Shown: positions 23,949 through 34,448, counted from the stretch's first letter. The stretch is 64,000 nt of DNA from an uncultured delta proteobacterium (GCA_963752595.1 CAVVYZ010000017.1:128001-192000), one strand, 5' to 3'. A program made the numbers and translations. The notes: generated by a model from the letters alone, not told the origin.

Positions 23949-24619
23949 AGCGTAGTATCATGGTATGTATTCTTCTCATGGGAGCGCTCCCCCTCTTGGC
24001 GGATTCCGGTTTGAGCAATGTGGTGAGGAAGGAAATCCATCGCACCATGCCTCCTGCTCAGGCTCCCGCAGAGACAATACAGGAAACCCGGGCGCAGCCG
24101 GCACAGCCTGTACAGGAAGCAATCCGGGGACAAAAAGCGGTTTCCTTTACCAAGGCGGCCAGCTACCCTTATACGATTCACCTCGCTTCCTTTGAGAATC
24201 CCAATGATGCAGCACGCCGTTTCGAGAGGCTCAAGTCCAAGCTGGATATGCTCTTTGTCACCAAGATCGACCTCGGAGCGCCGGGCGTTTGGTACCGGCT
24301 GGATTACGGGGCGTTTCCGAACATAAAAGAAGCAGTGGGCAAACTCCAGGAGCTCAAGTCCAAGGGGCTTGTAGAGCAGGGTTCCTTTGTGGGAGGCTCG
24401 GTCGCCTATGCCATAGAGATCGGGGTATATTCAAGCAGGCAAGAGGCCCAGTCAAGGGCAAAGGCCCTGGCGGGGAAAGGGGTGGCAGGCTATATCATAC
24501 AGGAACGTGAAGACCTCTACCGCCTTCTCTCCGGTGCTTATCCCGATGAAAAAAGCGCTGCCCCTGCACTCGATGACCTGGCATCGCTGAACTTTGCGGC
24601 TACCGTAAAGAAGAGATGA
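23945..24619 (+). CDS. Tandem SPOR-domain protein
   Basis: Signal peptide; two repeats Y.I....F/Y....A...YRL..GA[FY]P. Confidence 0.85.
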   Translation: MKRSIMVCILLMGALPLLADSGLSNVVRKEIHRTMPPAQAPAETIQETRAQPAQPVQEAIRGQKAVSFTKAASYPYTIHLASFENPNDAARRFERLKSKLDMLFVTKIDLGAPGVWYRLDYGAFPNIKEAVGKLQELKSKGLVEQGSFVGGSVAYAIEIGVYSSRQEAQSRAKALAGKGVAGYIIQEREDLYRLLSGAYPDEKSAAPALDDLASLNFAATVKKR

Positions 24620-25500
24620 CCCGTGCATTCATAGATTCTTTTCTCGAGTATCTGATCGTAGAGAGATCCGCACCCGAAAATACTCTGGCAGCGTATGAAA
24701 ATGACCTTAAGGCATTCTTTACATGGCTTGAGGAACAGGGCAAGGATATCCGCGAGCTCGAATCGGGCGATCTGACCGAATTTTCCTCAGCCTGCAGGGG
24801 CAGAAAGCTCAAATCCACAAGCATCAGCAGGCGGCTCTCCGCCATCCGGCAATTTTACCGCTTCCTCCTCGAAGAAGGAGGCATCGGAAAAGATCCTACC
24901 CGCGACATGGTAGCCCCGAAGCGGGGAAGATATCTTCCCGAAGTATTGAGCATCGATGAGGTTGACAGGCTTCTTGCAGCCCCTGATGTATCGACGTCCT
25001 TAGGCATCAGGGACAAGGCGATGATCGAGCTCCTCTATGCCACGGGCTTACGGGTAAGCGAGCTTGTGGGCTTGAAGATCCATATGGTCAACCTCTATGT
25101 GGGATATCTTATCTGCAGAGGCAAAGGCAGCAAGGAGCGGCTCGTTCCCATCGGGGAATCCGCGCTGAACCGGGTGAAGGAGTATATCGTTACCATAAGG
25201 CCTGCTCTGGCCGGGCCTTCTTCTGATGTCCTCTTCTTCTCGAACCGCGGTGCTGCCATGACCCGGCAGAATTTCTGGTACATGATCCAGCGGTATGCTG
25301 CGCAGGCAGGCATCATGAAGCATATCTCCCCGCACGTGCTCAGGCATTCTTTTGCCACGCATCTGCTTACCGGCGGGGCAGACCTGCGATCGGTCCAGAT
25401 GATGCTCGGGCATGCAGATATTTCAACTACCCAGATCTATACGCACATCAATGATGTCCGGCTGAAGCAAATCCATGAGCAGTACCATCCGAGAGGGTAG
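24616..25500 (+). CDS. xerD: Tyrosine recombinase XerD
   Basis: RDKAMIELLYATGLRVSEL, GKGSKER.VP, SPHVLRHSFATHLL.GGADLRSVQ.MLGHADISTTQIYTH. Confidence 0.95.
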   Translation: MTRAFIDSFLEYLIVERSAPENTLAAYENDLKAFFTWLEEQGKDIRELESGDLTEFSSACRGRKLKSTSISRRLSAIRQFYRFLLEEGGIGKDPTRDMVAPKRGRYLPEVLSIDEVDRLLAAPDVSTSLGIRDKAMIELLYATGLRVSELVGLKIHMVNLYVGYLICRGKGSKERLVPIGESALNRVKEYIVTIRPALAGPSSDVLFFSNRGAAMTRQNFWYMIQRYAAQAGIMKHISPHVLRHSFATHLLTGGADLRSVQMMLGHADISTTQIYTHINDVRLKQIHEQYHPRG

Positions 25501-25503
25501 GGC

Positions 25504-28137
25504 ATGGAGGTAATCACCTCTCATACTCAGGCAGATTTCGATGCGTTCGCCTCCATGGTAGCGGCGCATATGCTCTATCCCGAAGCTGTCCTTGTCTTTC
25601 CCAGTGCTCAGGAAAAAAACTTAAGAGATTACCTCGCTGTGGCCCCGGAGGAAATTACCAAGCCCATCGTCAGGCAGAAGGACATCATCCTGGACGAGGT
25701 CACGAGGCTCATCATTGTGGACAACAGGCAGATCTCGAGGATCGGTGATTTTTCCAGGCTCATCGGCCGGGAGGGCGTAGAGGTGATCATCTATGATCAC
25801 CACCCCTGTTCCGTTGAAGACATCAAGGCTGATGAAGAGTACTGCATCGAATTAGGCTCCAACGTGACGATCATGGTGGATGCTCTGAAAAAGAGGGGCA
25901 TCACACCGAGCCCTGTTCAAGCGACGGCCATGGCCATGGGCATCTACGAAGATACCGGGTCTCTCCTGTTCCCCTCGACCACGCCTGAAGACTGCATGGC
26001 GCTTGCCGATCTCATCAGGTGGGGCGCGAACCTCAAGCAGGTTTCCCATGCGATCCTGCGGGAGCTCGAGGCCGAGCAGGTGGATGTCCTGGACCAGCTC
26101 ATCAAAAACGCCTATATCCTGCACTTAGGCGGCATCGACGTCCTGTTCACCCGCTCGGAGTCCTCCGGGTATGTGGAGGATTTCGCCATGCTCGTCCACA
26201 AGCTCCGGGGCATGTTCGACGTCGATGCCATGTTTGCGCTCGGCCTCATGGGCGAGCGGATTTACCTCGTGGCAAGGAGCACGCTCCCCCAGATCAATGC
26301 AGCCGACATTGCAAACCACTTCGGCGGCGGAGGGCATCCCACTGCAGCTGCAGCCTCCATCAAGGAAATCTCTTTCGACCGGGTGGAAAGCAGGCTCGTC
26401 AACCTCGTTAAAAAAGAGACAAAGCCGAGGATCATGGCCCGGGATATCATGACCTTCCCCGTCATTTCCTTGAACATGAGCTCTACGATCGACGAAGCAA
26501 GCGAAAGGCTCAACCGCTACAACATCAATGCTCTGGTGCTGCAGACAAAGGGCGGCCGTCCGGCTGGAATCATCACCCGGCAGGTGGTGAGCCGCGCCCA
26601 GGGACACGGGCTCGGAAATGCTCGCGTCAAAGACTACATGATACGGGATATCAAGCACGTGGACCCTGATGCACCTGTCTGGGAGATACGGACGCTCATC
26701 ATCGATGGGAACCAGCGTCTGCTGCCGGTAGTGGAGAACAGGAAGGTCATAGGCGTGATCACGAGGACTGATCTCATGATGATCATGCATGAGAAGATGG
26801 CAAAGGCCGAAGGGGCAGAGCCCAAGGCCCCTCAGGCAAAGAATCTGAAAAAATTGTTGGAAGAAAGGCTTCCGCAGGAGTTCTTCGATCTGCTCCGGCA
26901 GGCAGGATCTCTTGCGGCATCCATGGGATACAATGTTTATGTCGTGGGCGGGATCGTCCGAGATATGCTGCTCCGGATCAACAATCTTGATGTAGATATC
27001 GTGGTGGAGGGGGACGGCATCGCCTTTGCCAGAACATTTTCCCAGTCCATAGGAGCCCGGTACGCCGCCCATGAGAAGTACAAGACGGCAGTCATAACCC
27101 TGCCTGACGGAAACCATATCGATATTGCCACTGCCCGGCTCGAATACTACAAAACCCCGGGAGACTTCCCCATCGTGGAGCAGTCTACCTTAAAGCTCGA
27201 TCTCTACCGCCGGGATTTCACGATCAACACCATGGCCGTGGCCCTGAACCCGCAGCGCTTTGGAGACCTTATCGACTTTTTCGGCGCCCAGCGGGATATC
27301 AAGGAAAAGCGGATCAGGGTTCTGCACGCCATGAGCTTTGTCGAAGACCCGTCCCGCATCTTAAGGGCGGTCAGATTCGAGCAGCGCTATGGGTTTTCTC
27401 TCGGCAAACAGACGAGCTCTCTCGTGCATGCCGCCGTGAAGTCCGGGCTGCTGGGGAACGTCCCCGGAAGGCGCATCTCTCATGAGATCCGGCAGATGCT
27501 CAGCGAGAACGATCCGGATAAAGGCATGGAAAAGCTCCAGGATCTCGGCGTGCTCAACGCCATCCATCCCGATCTCCATTTCAGCACTCCTGTCAGGGAA
27601 TATTTCCTGCGGGTCAAGGAAACGCTCCTGTGGTTCAACATGCTCTTCACCCACGAAGAGTACCGGTCATGGTTCGTATACCTGCTCGCCCTGGTCGACA
27701 GCCTGAAGGGGAAAAAGATCATCGAGATCTGCAAACGGCTCGGCCTCACCGACGAAGAAATCCGCGGTATCCTGTCCTCACATGCACGGATACATGAAAT
27801 CCTTAAAGATTTTGTTGCTGCAAAACCGTTGCGGCCGGCGAATGTGGTAAAAATACTCGAAAACGCGTCCCTGGAGGTGATCCTCTTTGCCATGTCCAAG
27901 ACCAGGAGCAGCGAGGTCAAGGAGATGATCTCCGCCTACATTACCACCTGGCGCTCCTATAAGCCTCCGCTCAGCGGCAAGGACCTCATCGCCATCGGGT
28001 TCACCAGGGGCAAGTTCCTCGGCGACACATTGCGGCTCATCCGGGACAAGGGCCTCGACGGGGAGGTCAAAGATTTCAAGGATGCAATCGGCTTTGCCAG
28101 GATCAGGCTTCTGGAAGAACAACAGAAAAGCAAATAG
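25504..28137 (+). CDS. DHH-CBS-fused class II tRNA nucleotidyltransferase (A-adding or CCA-adding type)
   Basis: H..ADFDA, DHH, GGGH..AA, CBS pair, VGG.VRD..L....D.D, DL.RRDFTIN, EDP.R.LRA.RF. Confidence 0.9.
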   Translation: MEVITSHTQADFDAFASMVAAHMLYPEAVLVFPSAQEKNLRDYLAVAPEEITKPIVRQKDIILDEVTRLIIVDNRQISRIGDFSRLIGREGVEVIIYDHHPCSVEDIKADEEYCIELGSNVTIMVDALKKRGITPSPVQATAMAMGIYEDTGSLLFPSTTPEDCMALADLIRWGANLKQVSHAILRELEAEQVDVLDQLIKNAYILHLGGIDVLFTRSESSGYVEDFAMLVHKLRGMFDVDAMFALGLMGERIYLVARSTLPQINAADIANHFGGGGHPTAAAASIKEISFDRVESRLVNLVKKETKPRIMARDIMTFPVISLNMSSTIDEASERLNRYNINALVLQTKGGRPAGIITRQVVSRAQGHGLGNARVKDYMIRDIKHVDPDAPVWEIRTLIIDGNQRLLPVVENRKVIGVITRTDLMMIMHEKMAKAEGAEPKAPQAKNLKKLLEERLPQEFFDLLRQAGSLAASMGYNVYVVGGIVRDMLLRINNLDVDIVVEGDGIAFARTFSQSIGARYAAHEKYKTAVITLPDGNHIDIATARLEYYKTPGDFPIVEQSTLKLDLYRRDFTINTMAVALNPQRFGDLIDFFGAQRDIKEKRIRVLHAMSFVEDPSRILRAVRFEQRYGFSLGKQTSSLVHAAVKSGLLGNVPGRRISHEIRQMLSENDPDKGMEKLQDLGVLNAIHPDLHFSTPVREYFLRVKETLLWFNMLFTHEEYRSWFVYLLALVDSLKGKKIIEICKRLGLTDEEIRGILSSHARIHEILKDFVAAKPLRPANVVKILENASLEVILFAMSKTRSSEVKEMISAYITTWRSYKPPLSGKDLIAIGFTRGKFLGDTLRLIRDKGLDGEVKDFKDAIGFARIRLLEEQQKSK

Positions 28138-28182
28138 TTGACGAATACCTGTTCCTCATGTAGACAGGATTCTGGTACCTTT

Positions 28183-28255
<73 letters not shown>

Positions 28256-28260
28256 TTCTT

Positions 28261-28273
28261 TAACATATTGATA
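28261..28273. promoter_or_regulatory. IHF binding site beside the left att
   Basis: TAACATATTGATA matches YAANNNNTTGATW. Confidence 0.6.
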
Positions 28274-28617
28274 TTATTTCATATTATCTATTATATAATA
28301 CCCAAAAACGTGTGTAAAACAGCATTAGTCATTCAGTCTCCGGTTTCCGGTTCTTGATGGGGACAATATCCCCCTTCTTTTTCGTCTTGTGGATTGGTCA
28401 TCATGGGCTTTTTAGCCTTTGGCAACGTCTCTTCCCCCAGGATGTGCTGCGATAGATGGTCAAGGAGGTCACGCAGGTTGAAACAGGATGGTTCGACCAT
28501 AGTAACTGGAGCCATATCCGAGGAGTTAAAAACGCTATCCTCTCAGGCCCACAATCACGAGATAATTTATTTTCCTTCAGGGCCTGAATTGATGGCCTAG
28601 GCTAAACCGGGCATTTG

Positions 28618-29352
28618 CTACATATCTGCCAGGAGGCGTTTCGCCCAATCTGAATAGTACTTGTCATCGGATACCGATGCCTTTTGGAGGAGTTTTTTTG
28701 CCTCATCTTTGCTCCCCGTTTTCATGAGGGTCTCTGCCAGGTACACCTGTCCCTCGGGATCATTGGGGAAAGCTTTCTGGAATTCCCTTAGGTACTGCGA
28801 TGACAATTTCTTGTCCTGGAGCGGCCAGGGCAGGACGAACCAGAAACGTCCCAGGGCCTTAATGGGCCCGCCGTCGTTGTACATTTTATTTGCCTTGTAG
28901 GCCTTCTCAAAGCTGCTCTGTGTTTTGTCCTTAAGGCCTTCCCTCAGGGCGGTGAGCACACTGACGCTGTCCGAATAGCTTGCCACCGAAAATCCATACC
29001 AGGTATTCCCTTCAACATTGTCCGGGTTAAGCACGATGGCCTTTTCACCGAATTTCATACCGAGCTTTCCATACTCCTTACAGATAGCCTTCCAGTTTGT
29101 TACGTTCTCCTTTTTGGATTCATTCGCAAAATAACGGTAAGAACGTGCCGCCTTCCATGCTGCTTCATAACTGCTTGGATTCGCATCGAGGGCTTTTACA
29201 AACATATCCCCCGATTGTTTATAGCTCTCGAAACTTGTCCTGCCTTTATCAAAGAGGGCATTGCCTTCGGCCATGAAATCTCCGGCAAACAGCGCGAGAG
29301 GTACCACCCAAAATATGCAAAAAAAGAATACTTGTTTGGACATGCTCCTCAT
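28618..29352 (-). CDS. Secreted all-helical TPR-like protein
   Basis: Hydrophobic signal peptide; repeats A...NP...EA.W and AI.LNP...EG..W; last gene of the island operon. Confidence 0.7.
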   Translation of the reverse strand: MRSMSKQVFFFCIFWVVPLALFAGDFMAEGNALFDKGRTSFESYKQSGDMFVKALDANPSSYEAAWKAARSYRYFANESKKENVTNWKAICKEYGKLGMKFGEKAIVLNPDNVEGNTWYGFSVASYSDSVSVLTALREGLKDKTQSSFEKAYKANKMYNDGGPIKALGRFWFVLPWPLQDKKLSSQYLREFQKAFPNDPEGQVYLAETLMKTGSKDEAKKLLQKASVSDDKYYSDWAKRLLADM

Positions 29353-29353
29353 A

Positions 29354-30166
29354 TCATTTCCTCCCTATGCGTTTCTCATGAAAGAAACCCTGCTTCTCCA
29401 GGATACTTCTGACCGCCTTCAGGCATGGAGCATCCTCGGGGATATCGGTAATAGGCCTGTCCTGCAGATCGAGCTCCGTGATTCCGGGGTCTTCCGGCAT
29501 GAATCCAAGAACGTCTATACCCAGGACCTTTGCCTTCTTTCTCATCTCATCTTCTTCGGTGCCTCGAATCCGGTTTAGAATTACCCCCTTGGAATAGTCG
29601 CCCCGAATACCATATTCACCGGCTATCCCGCGGATGCTGGATGCGGTCCGCATGCCCTTGGCGGATGTGTCCGTCACCATGAAGAGCCTGGTGATGGTGT
29701 CCAGGACACGCCGGTTGATCTGCTCCACTCCAGCTTCACAGTCCACAAGGGTGTAGTCGAACTTCCGGGAGAGTGTGCTTATTCCATACCTGAGGAGATC
29801 GTTGATCTTGCAGAAGCAGCCCGGGCCTTCGGATTTGCCCATTACCAACAGGCTGTATCCCTTGAGGGTCATGACAGCTTCCTCTGCTATGACCTCTTCC
29901 ATAGGGATGTCGCTGATCCTCCTCTTCTCATCCGGATCCTCGATCATCTTTGTCCTGAGGTCGGCGATGGTCCTGTCCAGATTACTCCCGAGGGCATAGG
30001 CAAGGCTCACTGCGGGGTCCGCATCCACGGCCAGGACCGAGAATCCCTCCGAACTGAGGATGCGGGTCATAAGGGCGGTCAGGGTAGTCTTGCCGGTCCC
30101 TCCCTTCCCGGTAACTGCGATGATCTCATTGACAGCGCTTTTGTGAGAGCTGCAGCATTCGCACAT
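29354..30166 (-). CDS. CooC-like (MinD/ParA family) ATPase
   Basis: GKGGTGKTT, VDADP, LL.MG...GPGCFC, DCEAG.E...R. Confidence 0.88.
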   Translation of the reverse strand: MCECCSSHKSAVNEIIAVTGKGGTGKTTLTALMTRILSSEGFSVLAVDADPAVSLAYALGSNLDRTIADLRTKMIEDPDEKRRISDIPMEEVIAEEAVMTLKGYSLLVMGKSEGPGCFCKINDLLRYGISTLSRKFDYTLVDCEAGVEQINRRVLDTITRLFMVTDTSAKGMRTASSIRGIAGEYGIRGDYSKGVILNRIRGTEEDEMRKKAKVLGIDVLGFMPEDPGITELDLQDRPITDIPEDAPCLKAVRSILEKQGFFHEKRIGRK

Positions 30167-30192
30167 ATCGTCCTCCTTGTGCACTTTTCAAC

Positions 30193-31032
30193 TCAAGTAC
30201 GTACGCTCTTGGCAGCATTTCCTCCGGTCGGACCGGCCTCCCTCTGCTGGGCCTTCTGCCATCTTTCCCGGGCGAACAGCGCTGATCCCAGGGCACCGAC
30301 GATCTGAGGGTCGACCTCGCCGAGATTCACGAATTTAATACCCATGACGTCGCTGATGGCATTCACCACAGCAAAGTTTTTGGCTACCCCACCGGTGATG
30401 GCCACTCCCTCCTTGATACCGACCCGCCTGACCAGCTTCGAAATCCTCTCAGCCATGGCATAGTTGATGCCCGCAGCGATGTCGGACCGTTCGATGCCGT
30501 CACTGATCATGTACATCACCTCGATCTGCGACAGAACAGTGCAAGTCTTGGTGATAGCCACACGCCCCTTGGAGCTCAGCGATAGAGGGGCAAGATCCTC
30601 AAGACCCACTCCCAGCACCTTGGCCATACTTTCGAGGAACCGCCCAGTGCCGGCAGCACACTTGTCGTTCATGACGAAGTCCATCATGTAGCCGTACTTG
30701 TCCACCCGGATGACCTTGCAGTCCTGGCCGCCGATGTCGATGATGGTCCTGACCTCCGGGCACGCCCACTGGGCTCCCCGGCCATGGCAGGAGATCTCCG
30801 AGATGCTGCTCCGGGCAAAGGGAATCTTTTCTCTGCCGTAACCGGTGCTCACGCAGTAGTCAATGTCGGCAAGCGTCTTGCCTATCTTTCCAAGGGCTTT
30901 TTCCGTGACCTCCCGGGCAGTCTGCTCCGGCCGGGGCCTGACCCGGATGATCTCAGAGCTCAAGATCCTGTCATCTTCCAGTATGACCGCCTCCCCTGTC
31001 AGGGAGCCGACGTCACATCCAGCGAATATCAT
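30193..31032 (-). CDS. Acyl-CoA dehydratase activase / BcrA-BadF ASKHA ATPase
   Basis: G.DVGS, STGYGR, EISCH.RG, DIGGQD.K, MNDKCAAGTGRFLE, CTV, TGGVAKN, GALG.AL. Confidence 0.93.
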   Translation of the reverse strand: MIFAGCDVGSLTGEAVILEDDRILSSEIIRVRPRPEQTAREVTEKALGKIGKTLADIDYCVSTGYGREKIPFARSSISEISCHGRGAQWACPEVRTIIDIGGQDCKVIRVDKYGYMMDFVMNDKCAAGTGRFLESMAKVLGVGLEDLAPLSLSSKGRVAITKTCTVLSQIEVMYMISDGIERSDIAAGINYAMAERISKLVRRVGIKEGVAITGGVAKNFAVVNAISDVMGIKFVNLGEVDPQIVGALGSALFARERWQKAQQREAGPTGGNAAKSVRT

Positions 31033-31047
31033 AGGCTGCCTCCTGCT

Positions 31048-31833
31048 TCATGATTGCTGTACATCCCGGGCGCACAGGGCTGCCCCGACCGCGGCGATGA
31101 GCTGGTGGTCTGCTGGTACCGATTTGACGACTTCCATCCCGAGGTGCTTCTCAAGGGCGCAGACTACCCCCCTGCTCTTGGCTACCCCCCCGGTGATCAG
31201 GATCGCAGGTATGGCGCCGAGTCTGTTGATCATGGTGGCGATCCCGCTGCCCAGGGAGTAGTTGATTCCCCCCACAATGCTCTTCACTTCGATGCCGTCG
31301 TTGATGTGGCTCACGATCTCGCTCTCGCAGAACACTGCGCACTGGGTGCTCATGTGCGCACATTCTTCGGGCGGTACCACCGTCTCCCCCATCTCTTCCA
31401 CCGTAAGTTCGAGGGCCTGTGCCGCAAGCTCCAGGAAGAAACCCGGAGCCGGATGCGCATTTGTCACTCGTGCGGTACTCGATAACCTTGCCTGCTTCAT
31501 TCAGCGATATGATGGTGGTCGAAAGCCCGCCGAGGTCCACCACTGTCCGTGCCCCGGCCAGGGCCCAGAAAGATCCTCTGGCAAGGCATTTGATGATCCC
31601 CTCGTTGACATGCTCGATCCTGATATATTTATCTCCCATGCCCGTACCGCCACGGATCCTTGATGTCATCAAGGGACAGCCCGGCCCTGGAGACGGCACT
31701 ATGTATGGATGCCTCAACAAGTCTCCTTCAAAGTTCCGTTGTTCCGGGTGATGTCGTGTGCGATCACGTTGCCGTTATCCATGACTACGGTCTTGGTGAA
31801 CATGGTACCCACATCGCATCCGAGTGCAAGCAT
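31048..31833 (-). pseudogene. Second activase subunit (BcrD/BadG-like) with three apparent frameshifts (about 31722, 31656, 31443)
   Basis: MLALGCDVGTMFTK from ATG 31833; GGTGMG..DLGG..DKCASGSG in one frame; FFLE..CAVFCESE..TGGVAK..AVGAAL in another; may be intact in vivo. Confidence 0.8.
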
Positions 31834-31871
31834 GGTTAGCAGTCTCCTTTGTGCGTCTTCGCGCTTCGGAC

Positions 31872-33272
31872 TCAGAACGTAGCGAAAAAGTCGTTCATGA
31901 TCCTCTTGAGCTCGGCCGGGCTCGTAAAGCGTTTGTCCATCATATCGAACTCGAAGCGGAGTGTCGGTATGCCCGCTTTCTCCTTAACCTTATCGGACAT
32001 CAGCTTATTGAGCGCCCAGTAGTGCTTGCAGGCCATGTGGCCGCCCATGATCAGCGCATCGACCTTGAACGCCTTGCAGATGTGCACGAAGTCGTTGATC
32101 CACACGTCCGAGAAGCTCATGGTCTGCCTGGCCATGGGCATCTGCATGGACCGCCATGCAAGCCCCTCGATCATGGTTTCCATGTTGGTCGTGTCCACCT
32201 TGCCGACATCGGCTGGGAAATAGGTCAGAGTGTCTTCTGTATAGATTGCGCCATGCTCGTTCTCCAGCCAGTTGAAGAAGGGCAGGTCGAAGCATTCCCA
32301 GGTGTAACCCCATGCGAGCCTCCTCTCCTTCTTTCCCTCCGGAAGAACCCCTTCTCCTTTGTCTGCGCGTTTCTTGACGATCCCATAAAGGTCTCTGAAG
32401 TACTTGGCCCCGTGGGGGGTGCCTATCTGGCACATGAAGATGGTGTCTGCCGGCCTGTGCCATCCCGTGTCGGGACAAGGGACCATCTTCTTGAGCTCCT
32501 GTATCTTCACGATATAGTCCACGGCCTCATTCCCGTACTCCACATATTCCCTGAGCCTTCCCTCATCGATCTTCTTCCCGGCGATCTTCTCGAGGTTCGC
32601 CACCAGCCTCCTCGTCTCGCCTATCATGAACCGATGCGCCCGCTCGTTGAAGTAGTAGGGTGTCTCAGTGGTGAGGAGGGGGACCTTGCACTTGTGGGCT
32701 GCCCATTCATAGATTCGATTGCTTGCATCGCAGGGGTTCGCACCCTTAAGAAACATATCCGGTTTCGGGAGGTATCCCTTGAGCAGGAAGCCTGCCGCAC
32801 CCTTGTTGGATGAGCATAGATGGTCCGGGTAGCCCTCGCCCTCTATGGCGTCGATACCTTCCTCGCAGCCGTCTGTGTAGAGCGCCGCGGTGAGCCCCGA
32901 GAGTACCTCGAAACAAATGGGCACGATATCGAGGGCCAGCATGGGTTCGATGCTGTGGATGAAGTAGTGGTAGCACACCTTGTTCCCGGCATCGAGGCCC
33001 TTGTGCATCTCATCCACATAACTTCCAATATTATTCACGAAGTTCAGGGCGGTTTCCTTGTTCTTGTCCTCGAGGATGCAGTTGATGAGGTCGGTCTGGA
33101 TCATATCGAAGTTTTTCTGGAACACTTCTGGGAGGATATCCCTCACTACCTCCTTCCCACCCCAGTCATCGAGGTGGGTGATATCCTGGCTCAGGATATA
33201 TTTTGCCAGATCCGCGGTGACCTGCCACCATGTCGTCACTGTCCTGTCTTTACGATCACTGTATTCTGCCAT
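31872..33272 (-). CDS. 2-hydroxyacyl-CoA dehydratase / benzoyl-CoA reductase B-like subunit
   Basis: HLCSS, PCDA, ACKH cluster-ligand pattern; GIPTL..E.D..D.R. Confidence 0.88.
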   Translation of the reverse strand: MAEYSDRKDRTVTTWWQVTADLAKYILSQDITHLDDWGGKEVVRDILPEVFQKNFDMIQTDLINCILEDKNKETALNFVNNIGSYVDEMHKGLDAGNKVCYHYFIHSIEPMLALDIVPICFEVLSGLTAALYTDGCEEGIDAIEGEGYPDHLCSSNKGAAGFLLKGYLPKPDMFLKGANPCDASNRIYEWAAHKCKVPLLTTETPYYFNERAHRFMIGETRRLVANLEKIAGKKIDEGRLREYVEYGNEAVDYIVKIQELKKMVPCPDTGWHRPADTIFMCQIGTPHGAKYFRDLYGIVKKRADKGEGVLPEGKKERRLAWGYTWECFDLPFFNWLENEHGAIYTEDTLTYFPADVGKVDTTNMETMIEGLAWRSMQMPMARQTMSFSDVWINDFVHICKAFKVDALIMGGHMACKHYWALNKLMSDKVKEKAGIPTLRFEFDMMDKRFTSPAELKRIMNDFFATF

Positions 33273-33276
33273 GGCT

Positions 33277-34410
33277 CTACCTCCTGGAAATCCTCTCAAT
33301 GAATGCCTCGATCCTTGTCCTGAGCCTCCCCGTGTCGCTGAGCATGTGGTCCCTGTCGAGGTTCAGCACCGGTATACCCTTTGGCTCAAGCTCGTCCGCG
33401 AGCATCGTGGAATCCACGGCGTGGTTGTCGCAGAACACGATCTTCTGGAGGATGATGCCGTCCACATTGGCCTCCTTAGCCATCTTTTCGGTGTAAGCCA
33501 GCCGCTGTTCGAAGTGACCCATCATGCGCGGGCACGGGTTGCTGTAGTAATAGCTGCGGGCTATAGCCTCGACGGCATTGCCGTTCTTCGGTGTGGCGAC
33601 AAGGTCCTGAAAGCTCCGGGAACCGGAGCAGAGGGTATCGGTCACGATCACCGCCCCCAGGTCCTCGATCATCTCGAAGAGCTGCGGGTTGTCAAGCTCA
33701 GAGCCGCCCACCATGACCCGGGCCTTGTAGTCCGATATACCATCGGCCTTCCGGATTTCATCGAGGGCATCCTTAAGGAGCGTGTTGAACCTTTCCCTCT
33801 GCATGATGCCTGCAGCCAGAACGATCCTCAGGGCATCCGAACCCTTGATGGGAACGTTGTCCGCCTTCCTCAGCTCATAAAGATCTGCCACCAGTCGTTT
33901 CGATTCGTTGTAGATGTCGATGGACCTGGCAAGGTCTTCGGCGGTAAGTCTCGGGGCAAAGTCGCTTCGGATCTTCTCGCTGAACCGCATGATTTCATCC
34001 AGGTACCACTCGAAGCCTGCGTCATAGATGGAGTGCGGCAAGGTCACCATGTACTGGTAGTCGGTGGCGGAAATGTGCTTATCCCACACCTCGTACATGC
34101 GTCGGATCTGCTCGCAACCGTTCAGAAAGCACAGCCCGTCCAGGAAGTCGTACTTTCCGGAGAGGCCTTCCTGGAGAAGACATCGGGAATAGGTGCAATT
34201 GAACCGGTGGTAGTACACGTCCGCAAGCCCGGTCTCGGTGCACCCCCTCGCTTCCATACGGTAGGGGAATATCCCTGCTGCATGGATGATCTCGGCCGGG
34301 GCATAGTGGCATGTGTACCCGACAATGCGGCCGCCGGTTTCTTTCCATTTCGCGATGTACGGGTTCTTGTCGCGTTCGGGAAGCGATTTCAGTTCTTCAA
34401 GAGCCGTCAT
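33277..34410 (-). CDS. 2-hydroxyacyl-CoA dehydratase / benzoyl-CoA reductase C-like subunit
   Basis: WK..GG..VG..C...P.EII.AAG, CTY, GCEQ, FCD.H, R.RTRIEAF.E. Confidence 0.9.
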   Translation of the reverse strand: MTALEELKSLPERDKNPYIAKWKETGGRIVGYTCHYAPAEIIHAAGIFPYRMEARGCTETGLADVYYHRFNCTYSRCLLQEGLSGKYDFLDGLCFLNGCEQIRRMYEVWDKHISATDYQYMVTLPHSIYDAGFEWYLDEIMRFSEKIRSDFAPRLTAEDLARSIDIYNESKRLVADLYELRKADNVPIKGSDALRIVLAAGIMQRERFNTLLKDALDEIRKADGISDYKARVMVGGSELDNPQLFEMIEDLGAVIVTDTLCSGSRSFQDLVATPKNGNAVEAIARSYYYSNPCPRMMGHFEQRLAYTEKMAKEANVDGIILQKIVFCDNHAVDSTMLADELEPKGIPVLNLDRDHMLSDTGRLRTRIEAFIERISRR

Positions 34411-34448
34411 AGAAACCTCCTTTACTGGATTAGACAAAGGGAATATGC

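Noticed and set aside
24616-25500. xerD as the island integrase
   Set aside because: Canonical chromosomal XerD motifs, embedded in a housekeeping operon outside the att repeats.
28258-28286. dif site near xerD (TTTAACATA)
   Set aside because: Only a partial XerD arm and no XerC arm; it fits an IHF consensus better.
28333-28600. Short ORFs just inside the left att as an integrase or excisionase remnant
   Set aside because: No tyrosine-recombinase or HTH motifs recognisable.
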